Shown piece after piece: positions 18,519 to 25,950 of a stretch of DNA of 64,000 nt. A program made the translations under genes and the position numbers. How positions within the stretch are numbered: the stretch's first letter is position 1; each line of letters starts with the position of its first letter. This DNA is from Thermoplasmata archaeon. Lineage in GTDB: Archaea > Thermoplasmatota > Thermoplasmata > Methanomassiliicoccales > Methanomethylophilaceae. Below the pieces are notes generated by a model that worked only from the letters and a program-made list of their open reading frames with translations, had not been told where the DNA came from and ran no database searches. Location: NCBI GenBank assembly GCA_015063165.1, contig SUSZ01000002.1, positions 36,517-100,516 on the forward strand, read 5' to 3'.

Positions 18519-19545
18519 TGCTCTCGCTCTTCCTCTTGTCTTTGAGCATCTTGGCCACTTTCTTGGTGAGGACCCTCTCGTGGATGATCCTCATGTACAT
18601 GGCGTCGTGCTCCAGCAGGGGTGAGGTGGAGATGATGGTCGCGTTCGGCTTCATCTCTATGAGCGCATCGGCGAGAGGCTCGAACTTGAGGTCTCCTTTC
18701 TTGATGGGGGTGAGCCTCTTCTCGTCTCCGTCGGCATACTCGACGCCCGCGAACGCTGTGTGGATCCTGCCGTCGCTGTAGGGCTGCACCTCTTCGAGGA
18801 TGTCTTTGAAGTCGTCGGCCTCCAGGAGGGTTCCGTTGGTGCGGGAGTGGTGATGGGAGAAGTTGACGACGGGAGTTATGCATCCGGGGAACGCCTCGCA
18901 CAGGTCGATAACTTGGTCCAGGGATCCGAAGACCTCCTGCTGTCCGGTGATCTCCACTCCGAACCTCGGCTTGAGCTTGCACTCCTTCCACCAGCTGGTG
19001 AGGTAGTCGACGTTCGCGTAGATGTTGTTGTCCACATCTTCGCGGTCCTGGTCTTTTCCGTAGATCCCGAGGCTGGTGACCACGATGTCCCCGCCCAGCG
19101 CGTTGAGGACCAGGGCGGCGTTCTGTATGCTCTGCACGCATTCCTCGGCCAGACCGGTCTCGGACCCGAGGTCCATGTAGTAAGGGGTGTGGATGGATAG
19201 GTTGACGTCCAGCCATTTCGCGGAGTTGCCGATGTTCTCGAGGCTTCCGTAGTTGCTGGCGATGTCGCCCTGCAGGGTGATGAGCTCGTCGTCCTCTTCG
19301 ATAGGCTCGTCCGGGTCGGTGATGATCTCCTCGTCCCTGAGGATGCTTATGACGAAGTCCTCGGTGACGTCCCTGAATCCCTTTCCGACCTCTTCGTCCT
19401 CGTCAGGGGGCCTGCTGTAGGTCATAGGCCTTACCATCTGAATCTCGAGCGCGCTCAGACTGAGATTGTGCACGTCCTCGATTCCGTCTAGGAGAGTGCG
19501 ACCTTTGCAAGAGAGCGGTATTCCCGCGGGGCCGAACCTTATCAT
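18511..19545 (-). CDS. TIM-barrel protein of the xylose-isomerase-like/AP-endonuclease-2 superfamily
   Basis: 344 aa. MIRFGPAGIP N-terminus, HTPYY and NFSHHH metal-ligand-like motifs, plus an acidic insertion. Function is tentative. Confidence 0.6.
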   Translation of the reverse strand: MIRFGPAGIPLSCKGRTLLDGIEDVHNLSLSALEIQMVRPMTYSRPPDEDEEVGKGFRDVTEDFVISILRDEEIITDPDEPIEEDDELITLQGDIASNYGSLENIGNSAKWLDVNLSIHTPYYMDLGSETGLAEECVQSIQNAALVLNALGGDIVVTSLGIYGKDQDREDVDNNIYANVDYLTSWWKECKLKPRFGVEITGQQEVFGSLDQVIDLCEAFPGCITPVVNFSHHHSRTNGTLLEADDFKDILEEVQPYSDGRIHTAFAGVEYADGDEKRLTPIKKGDLKFEPLADALIEMKPNATIISTSPLLEHDAMYMRIIHERVLTKKVAKMLKDKRKSESSE

Positions 19546-19751
19546 ACAATCACGCGCGTGGCATGTTCGTAAAGTTATTAATTGTGTCGGATGCCTGTCG
19601 GTCTACTGAATGGCTGCGGAGAGGCTTTTTCGGCCCGATAGGCTGCTGGAAGCGCCCGATTCACGACGGTTCCTTCAGTTACTATTATATCCAACCCCGA
19701 TATACGACGCTTACCCAACAAGGGTAACCCAATGTCGGGAGAGTCAGAAAA

Positions 19752-20111
19752 ATGAGCAGCAAAAAGACGAACCCCCAGCTCGTCGCCACCATTGACAACC
19801 TCAAGGCGATGACCAGGGAGAACGAAGCCGCTATCTGGCGAGACATCGCGCTTAGGCTCGAGAAACCCAAGAGGAACTGGGCCGAAGCGAATCTCAGCAA
19901 ACTCGAGAGATATGCCGCGGACGGAGAGACCATCATCGTCCCCGGTAAGGTCCTCGCAGCAGGTAGCATCAGCAAGAAGATCACCGTGGCCGCATACAGC
20001 TTCTCCGAGGCTGCAGCTTGCGCTATTGTGGCCGCAGGCGGAAAGACCATGTCCCTCGAGGAGCTCGCAAAGGCCAACCCCAAGGGAACCGGCGTCAGGA
20101 TCATGAGGTGA
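19752..20111 (+). CDS. rpl18e: 50S ribosomal protein L18e
   Basis: 119 aa. TNPQLVATIDNLK...WRDIALRLEKPKRN...IVPGKVLAAG, typical of archaeal L18e. Confidence 0.9.
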   Translation: MSSKKTNPQLVATIDNLKAMTRENEAAIWRDIALRLEKPKRNWAEANLSKLERYAADGETIIVPGKVLAAGSISKKITVAAYSFSEAAACAIVAAGGKTMSLEELAKANPKGTGVRIMR

Positions 20112-20113
20112 TT

Positions 20114-20542
20114 ATGATGGTTACAGTTATCGACGGAAGGAACCTCGTCCACGGAAGGCTCGCTAGCATCATCGCGGAGAGGATCATGGACGGCGAGGAG
20201 ATCGTCGTTCTCAATGCCGAAGCCATCGTCATCACCGGAGTCAAGGAGAACGTTTTCCAGGACTTCAGGGCGAAGGTCATCCGCGGAGACACCACCAAGA
20301 GGAAGGGACCTTTCTACCCCCGCAGGGCAGATCTCCTGTTCAAGAGGTGCGTCAGGGGAATGATTCCCTGGACTACGAGCAGCGGAAGGGACGCTTACAG
20401 GAGGCTTCATGTCTTCGTCGGCACCCCCAAGCAGTTCGAGGATGTCGAGAAGGAGAGGCCCGCTGAGGCTTGCAGAAAGATCACCGGTAAATACACGACC
20501 CTGGGAGCCGTTTCCAAATTCCTGGGTTCCAATGTGAGATGA
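20114..20542 (+). CDS. rpl13: 50S ribosomal protein L13
   Basis: Start MMVTVIDGRNLVHGRLASIIAERI. The track ORF from 20018 is an upstream extension overlapping L18e. Confidence 0.9.
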   Translation: MMVTVIDGRNLVHGRLASIIAERIMDGEEIVVLNAEAIVITGVKENVFQDFRAKVIRGDTTKRKGPFYPRRADLLFKRCVRGMIPWTTSSGRDAYRRLHVFVGTPKQFEDVEKERPAEACRKITGKYTTLGAVSKFLGSNVR

Positions 20543-20546
20543 TCCC

Positions 20547-20948
20547 ATGGTTGAGTGCGTAAACACAAGCGGAAAGAGGAAGACCGCAATCGCAAGGGCG
20601 GTCGTCAAGGCCGGTACCGGCAAGGTCACCATCAACAAGGTCCCCATAGACGTCTTCACCCCTGAGCTCGCCAGGCTCAAGATCGAGGAGCCCCTCGGAC
20701 TTGTCCCTGAGAAGGCACAGAATGTCGACATCGCCGTTCTCGTCAACGGCGGAGGGGTCATGGGACAGGCGGCTGCCGCAAGGACCGCCATCGCCAGGGG
20801 ACTCGTGGAGTTCTACAAGGACGAGGAGATGGAAACCGTCTTCAGGGCCTACGACAGGACCCTGATCATCAACGATGACAGGCGCAAGCTCCCCAAGAAC
20901 CCGCTTGGACCCGGTGCCCGTGCCAAGAAGCAGAAGTCCTACCGTTGA
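20547..20948 (+). CDS. rps9: 30S ribosomal protein S9
   Basis: 133 aa. GKRKTAIARAVVKAGTGKVTIN...GGGVMGQAAAARTAIARGL...DDRRKLPKNPLGPGARAKKQKSYR. Confidence 0.95.
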   Translation: MVECVNTSGKRKTAIARAVVKAGTGKVTINKVPIDVFTPELARLKIEEPLGLVPEKAQNVDIAVLVNGGGVMGQAAAARTAIARGLVEFYKDEEMETVFRAYDRTLIINDDRRKLPKNPLGPGARAKKQKSYR

Positions 20949-20957
20949 AGTGATGTC

Positions 20958-21149
20958 ATGATAATTCCGGTTAGATGTTTCACATGTGGCAAAGTCGTAG
21001 GCTCTGCCTACAAGCCGTACGTTGATCGCGTCAGGAACGGCGAGAATCCCAAAGCGGTCCTCGACGATCTTGGATTCGAGAGGTACTGCTGCCGTAGGAT
21101 GATCGTGGCTCACGCCGATCTGATCGGAGAAATTGCTCCTCTCGGATGA
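20958..21149 (+). CDS. rpoN: DNA-directed RNA polymerase subunit N (Rpo10)
   Basis: 63 aa. [15 protein letters not shown]...YCCRRM zinc-binding motif. Confidence 0.95.
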   Translation: MIIPVRCFTCGKVVGSAYKPYVDRVRNGENPKAVLDDLGFERYCCRRMIVAHADLIGEIAPLG

Positions 21150-22126
21150 TTTCCAAAAGCCGTTCGGGATTCTCCCGGACGGCACTTAAAACTCCTTTCA
21201 CTTCTTCTTCGACTATCCGTTCTCGCATCCGTGGTTACGTATCGGACGCGGAGCTCGTCGATGCGAGGGATGCCGTCCATGGCTCCTCTCTTGGTGCACG
21301 ACAGCGACGCCGCCTTCACCGCCAGCCTGATGGAGTCCTCCAGAGGACGGCCTTCCGACAGCGATGCGGCGAGGTAGCCTACGAAGGTGTCTCCTGCACC
21401 GGAGGTGTCTATCGTTTCGATACTAGGGGCCGGGACCGTCCAGCTGCGATGGCCGTCCTTGTAGAAGCATCCGTCTTTTCCGAGGGTGACTATGGCCGTT
21501 CCGGCGCCCTTGGACAACAGCATTTCGCAGCCTTTTTCGACATCGTCCGTTCCAGAGAGCGATTGGAACTCCGATTTGTTCATCACCAGATAGTCCGACA
21601 TCCCGAGAACATCGTCGTCCAAAGGTCTGAACGGCGCGGGATTGTAGACTGTCTTCACGTTCCTCTTCCGAGCGATCCCCAGGGCGGCCGCATCGGTATC
21701 GGAAGGGATCTCGTTCTGCAGGACCATGACGTCGCATTCGGAGACGACATCGGACATGCTCTCGACATCCTCCGGGGAGAGCAGCATGTTGGCGCCCCCG
21801 ACCACGGCTATGCGGTTCTCCGAACGTCTGTCCACTTCGATGAACGCCTGGCCCGTGTCCCCTTGCTTCCAGGCGACGGAGAGCGTCATCCCTTCGTCCG
21901 CAAGCCTCTGCTCCAGGCTCCTGCCTTCGTCATCGTCCCCGAACGCGGTGATGAAGGTCACTTCGGCCCCTGCTCTTGCGGCGGCGACGGCCTGGTTGGC
22001 TCCTTTGCCTCCGCATGAGACCTTCTTCCCAGTCGCATACACGGTCTCTCCAGGCGACGAGAATCTGTCGAGATAGATCACCGTGTCCACGTTCGAGCTT
22101 CCGACGACCATCACCTTATGTTTCAC
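21110..22126 (-). CDS. rbsK: ribokinase (PfkB family)
   Basis: 338 aa. [15 protein letters not shown] and [13 protein letters not shown] motifs. The R-rich C-terminal tail overlaps the rpoN 3' end by 40 nt. Confidence 0.85.
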   Translation of the reverse strand: MKHKVMVVGSSNVDTVIYLDRFSSPGETVYATGKKVSCGGKGANQAVAAARAGAEVTFITAFGDDDEGRSLEQRLADEGMTLSVAWKQGDTGQAFIEVDRRSENRIAVVGGANMLLSPEDVESMSDVVSECDVMVLQNEIPSDTDAAALGIARKRNVKTVYNPAPFRPLDDDVLGMSDYLVMNKSEFQSLSGTDDVEKGCEMLLSKGAGTAIVTLGKDGCFYKDGHRSWTVPAPSIETIDTSGAGDTFVGYLAASLSEGRPLEDSIRLAVKAASLSCTKRGAMDGIPRIDELRVRYVTTDARTDSRRRSERSFKCRPGESRTAFGNHPRGAISPIRSA

Positions 22127-22273
22127 GATCTACGCCCCGTTTCTATAGCCTCTTTATCGCTATTGAATCCTGCGGACAGGGGACGGAACAAGATGGAACA
22201 GCAGCAGATGCCAGACGTTTCCTGTCGATTATCTGGCTATACGGATTCCTATGTGTTTACAAAGAACACAAGA

Positions 22274-22281
22274 TTTATAAT
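22274..22281 (+). promoter_or_regulatory. candidate TATA box for tRNA-Pro
   Basis: TTTATAAT is centred about 28 nt upstream of the mature tRNA 5' end. Confidence 0.5.
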
Positions 22282-22305
22282 CATGAATTCTTTCACGCAT
22301 TTTGT

Positions 22306-22378
22306 GGGCCCGTGGGGTAGCTTGGTATCCTTCGTGCTTGGGGTGCACGTAACTCCAGTTCAAATCTGGGCGGGCCCA
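22306..22378 (+). tRNA. tRNA-Pro (anticodon GGG)
   Basis: Manual cloverleaf: acceptor GGGCCCG/CGGGCCC. D arm GGGT..TCCT (3 bp, 13:22 unpaired). Anticodon stem CGTGC/GCACG with loop TTGGGGT. T arm TCCAG-TTCAAAT-CTGGG. Discriminator A. CCA is not fully encoded (ACCT). Confidence 0.9.
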
Positions 22379-22558
22379 CCTTTATCCCAAATTCCTGTGC
22401 TTCTCTGAGGATTCCATGTGCTTTCGGCGGGCGAAGCGATCGGTCAAGACGACCAGCATCCTGTTATCGAAGATATGGAAAACGGTCTCCGAGAGTCAAG
22501 TCTCATCAATTCGTTATCGATGAATCATCGACCCTTTGGAAGATAGCGAGGGTTCTGT

Positions 22559-22864
22559 TCACTCAATCTTCAGCAATCCTGAGAAGTTGGTCATGTCCAG
22601 AACGGCCTTGACCTCCTTGTTCACGTTGACCAGCTTGATCCCGTTCTTGTCTTCCATTAGCTCGTCCGCGTTCAGCAGGGACCTAAGCCCGGCCGACGAG
22701 ATGTACGACACGTTCGACATGTCGAATATCAGCGAGGCAGCTGATGCGGCCTCCCTCTCGACGACTTCGTCCAGCTCGGGAGCGGTGACGTAGTCGATGT
22801 TACCTTTGGGCGATATGGTGGTCATGCCGTCTTTCTTCTCTATTCCTATCTCCATGATGTTCAC
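22559..22864 (-). CDS. STAS-domain protein (SpoIIAA/RsbV-like anti-sigma-factor antagonist)
   Basis: 101 aa, GTG start. FDMSNVSYISSAGLRSLL carries the phosphorylatable Ser motif. GTGA overlap with the upstream gene stop. Confidence 0.85.
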   Translation of the reverse strand: MNIMEIGIEKKDGMTTISPKGNIDYVTAPELDEVVEREAASAASLIFDMSNVSYISSAGLRSLLNADELMEDKNGIKLVNVNKEVKAVLDMTNFSGLLKIE

Positions 22865-24672
22865 ATCTCCTTCTCTAACTTCAATATGTTGCGGTCGCCT
22901 TCGCGAACGTAAGAGACGTCGTCACATATCTTCTTCACCAGCATTATACCGAGCCCTCCCTTCCTACGCTCCTTGAAGCTGAGGATCGGATCAGGATCCT
23001 CGCGTTCGAGCGGGTTGAACGGGATTCCCCAGTCGGTGAACGTGATGCGGACAGCTCCGTTGATGACGTCCGTGGTGACCAGGACGTCCCCCTTCTCTTC
23101 CTCGTCCTTATACGCGTACATGTCGATGTTCGCATAGATCTCGGAGCAGGCGGTCTCCATCTCGGTGATGGTCCTGGCAGAGCATCCCGCCTCGCTCATC
23201 CTCTGCTTAATGCGTCCCATGACCTTCTCGTAGCCCTGGTTGTCCGCGCGGACCCTTATCCCTTCGTCCGGCTCTATGTCGTAGGGATGGGTGTACACGA
23301 TGGACATCATGGTCATGTCGTCGCTCTGGTCGGCGCTTCCCACGAAGTCCGACACGTCCGATTTCACCTTGGCGATGGTCTCGGCGGAACCTGCATCGGC
23401 TACGGACGAGAGCGACTTCTCGAGGCGATCCTCCTTGAACATGTCGCCGTCGGTCCTGGCGGCCTCCGTGACGCCGTCCGTGTAGAGGAAGATCCCGTCC
23501 CCGACGTCCAGGTGGAGATGATGCCTGTTGTAGCTCATCCTCTTTTTCCGTCCGAACACGAAATCCGGCTGGGACCTGAGCATCTCGTACTTACCGCCCT
23601 TGCGTATGAAAGGCGGGTTGTGTCCCGCGTTGACGTATGTCACGTCCCCGGTCCTGAGGTTTATGACCCCGATCCAGACCGTGACGAAGTACTTCATCGA
23701 GTTATTGGCGGAGAGCTCCCTGTTGGCCTTCTCCATGGCCTTATCCAGGTCTCCCCCGGCCTGCACGTTGGACCTTATCAGGGCCATGGATGTAGCCATG
23801 AACAGGGAGGCTGGGAGCCCCTTCCCGGAGACGTCGGCTATCACCACAGCGAGATGTTCGTCGCCTACCACGAAGCAGTCATAGAAGTCTCCGCCAACCT
23901 CTTTGGCGGCTGACATCGACGAGGACACGTCGCAGTAGGGCTTGCATGGGAAATCTGTGATGAGCAGGCCCTGCTGTATCCCTCTGGCGTTCGACATCTC
24001 CTTCTCTATACCTGTCCGCTCCCTCATCAGGTCGGACTGCCACTTGGAGTCGGTTATGCCGATCTTCACGGAATAGTAGCATGGGATGCAGACCAGGAGG
24101 TAGATGAGAAGGTCGACGGTGTAGAACGTCTTGATCAGCGAGAACAGCCTGTCCCATCTGGTCATGCCCTGGTACATCCCGATTATTATCGTTTCCAGGC
24201 CGTCATAGATGAGGAGCCCTGCGAGCATCAGCAATGCCCCTATGACGATCGTGCCCATTATGAAGTTGATGCGGTAGTAGAGACAGCTCGAGACCACCGG
24301 CAGAAGCATCAGGATCATCATCGAATAGTCCATCACGGCGATGATGGTGAAAGAGTTGATCAGTATCGATCCGATCAGGAGATATTTCGTCCACCAGTGG
24401 CTTCCTAAGAGAAAACAGATTATCGCGCTGGAAGCCATGAAGGCCATGGTAAGGTAAACGAGGTCTATGTAGTCGGCGACCCCGTAGCGTCCTTCCCCGG
24501 TGAAGATCCATGCAACGTTCATGACCAGGACCGCGACTATTATGATCTCGACGATCCTGTCCGCGCGTCCGTCTCTGTACTGGACTATCTCGTCCAGGAT
24601 TTCGCTGTCGGAAGGTTTCTTGAACATTGAACAGAAGCGCGTTCTCTTCGTTTCATCCGTGGTCTCGGCCAT
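22861..24672 (-). CDS. membrane-anchored PP2C (SpoIIE/RsbU-type) phosphatase fused to an RsbW/SpoIIAB-type HATPase serine kinase
   Basis: Start chosen at MAETTDETKR (24670-24672). The track ORF extends into the PPTase gene. About 6 TM helices are followed by PP2C motifs GGDFYD, VIADVSGKG, LYTDGVTEA, DDMTMM. A C-terminal HATPase_c-like region follows (ETACSEIYANIDMYAY...GGLGIMLVKKICDDV). Confidence 0.85.
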   Translation of the reverse strand: MAETTDETKRTRFCSMFKKPSDSEILDEIVQYRDGRADRIVEIIIVAVLVMNVAWIFTGEGRYGVADYIDLVYLTMAFMASSAIICFLLGSHWWTKYLLIGSILINSFTIIAVMDYSMMILMLLPVVSSCLYYRINFIMGTIVIGALLMLAGLLIYDGLETIIIGMYQGMTRWDRLFSLIKTFYTVDLLIYLLVCIPCYYSVKIGITDSKWQSDLMRERTGIEKEMSNARGIQQGLLITDFPCKPYCDVSSSMSAAKEVGGDFYDCFVVGDEHLAVVIADVSGKGLPASLFMATSMALIRSNVQAGGDLDKAMEKANRELSANNSMKYFVTVWIGVINLRTGDVTYVNAGHNPPFIRKGGKYEMLRSQPDFVFGRKKRMSYNRHHLHLDVGDGIFLYTDGVTEAARTDGDMFKEDRLEKSLSSVADAGSAETIAKVKSDVSDFVGSADQSDDMTMMSIVYTHPYDIEPDEGIRVRADNQGYEKVMGRIKQRMSEAGCSARTITEMETACSEIYANIDMYAYKDEEEKGDVLVTTDVINGAVRITFTDWGIPFNPLEREDPDPILSFKERRKGGLGIMLVKKICDDVSYVREGDRNILKLEKEM

Positions 24673-24733
24673 TCGCTCATCCCTCGGGCGGGTATTTGAT
24701 TCGTATGCTCTTGATTCGATAAAATAGGGCGTA

Positions 24734-25405
24734 TCAGACGAGGTCGGAAAGGTCCACGAATCTGAGAGAAGGTTCGAATTCCGGATTCGTCGAGCATACG
24801 GCGCACCTGTATCCGTCGCCGGGGTCGTACTCCTTGAAATGGTATTCCCTGCCGTCGACGTGCTGCTCCACGCGTATGGGATCGCCGAGGTCGATGCGGA
24901 AGGAGTCAAGCTGGAGGGACATCCCAAGGCCTGTAGCCTTCATGAAGCTCTCCTTCAGGGTCCAGTACCTGCAGAACATCCTCGGCATCTCCTCGGTGCC
25001 CTGAAGGGCCGCTATGGCGTCGTATTCCGAGCCGTGGAAGAACCTCTCGGCCATGTCGAGCCCCGCGTACCTTATCGTCTCGACGTCGCATCCGACCTCG
25101 GAGTCGGAGACGGAGCAGGCCACGCGCTCCTCTGAGTGCGACAGGTTGAAGCGCATCCAGGAGCCTTCCAGGAACGGCTTACCGTTCTTTCCTTCTCCGA
25201 CGGATATCTTATCCGGATCCTCTCCCAGGTCCTCCATGGCTTTGCGAAGGAGGGTCCAGACGCCTATGCAGAGACGTCTGTCCTTCAGGAACAGGAATCT
25301 GTCCGCCTTCTCCCTGCGATACGCCGGCATCTGGCGGTACAGTGCGGAATAGACCGACGGTTCTTCCAAGCTATAGATGTCGGAATAGTATGTCCTGGTC
25401 TTCAT
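24734..25405 (-). CDS. Sfp-type 4'-phosphopantetheinyl transferase
   Basis: 223 aa. GKPFL...FNLSHSEERVACSVS...GCDVE and WTLKESFMKATG motifs. Confidence 0.85.
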   Translation of the reverse strand: MKTRTYYSDIYSLEEPSVYSALYRQMPAYRREKADRFLFLKDRRLCIGVWTLLRKAMEDLGEDPDKISVGEGKNGKPFLEGSWMRFNLSHSEERVACSVSDSEVGCDVETIRYAGLDMAERFFHGSEYDAIAALQGTEEMPRMFCRYWTLKESFMKATGLGMSLQLDSFRIDLGDPIRVEQHVDGREYHFKEYDPGDGYRCAVCSTNPEFEPSLRFVDLSDLV

Positions 25406-25950
25406 GTCCTGCTCCGTTGTCGGAATCTCGGTTCCTAGGCAAGAGGATTAAGGCGAACCACACGAAATAGATTTCAGGACGGGGAATCACTCCATATGAT
25501 CGGACTATTGTATTTTTACTGCAACCTGGTGGTTCTGAGCTATTCCGAGAAGGATACGCGTAAGCTCTTCGCCCGGATCACGGGCCACGACAACTACGGG
25601 GAGCTCGACGTCGTCGACAACGATCCCGAGGACCTGGTGTTGAGTATAGCCTGCATCCACGACGGCGTATGCGGCGGGAAAAAGCCCTGCCGTCCCGTAG
25701 AGCACGTCTTTCCATGGGGGAGGCCGCTTCTCTGTTCGGAGTTCAGGACATGGGCCCGCTGATGTTGGACCGCTTGCTATCGTTCGGGACTCCCGAGGAG
25801 ATACGCAGGCTCCTTTCGGACGGGACCGAGGATCCGGTCCTCTGCCGTGTCGGAGGCAGGGCTGATAAACGAGCCGAAGAAGCAGATCGATAATGATTGC
25901 TCCTTCGGGTAACAGGCAGGGCAGGAGGGATTCCCGCCCCGCCAAGGGTT

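Noticed and set aside
19685-20791. 368-aa minus-strand ORF across the ribosomal protein cluster
   Set aside because: It is antisense to four highly conserved ribosomal/RNAP genes and has an S/A/L-rich low-complexity translation.
24673-24927. Upstream extensions of track ORFs (22861-24927, 1791-2969, 6782-8635, 20018-20542, 38625-40370, 41418-43691, 44801-45637, 62818-63405)
   Set aside because: The extensions overlap neighbouring genes and have atypical composition. Internal starts give canonical N-termini (signal peptides or conserved first motifs) and sensible spacing or ATGA-type coupling.
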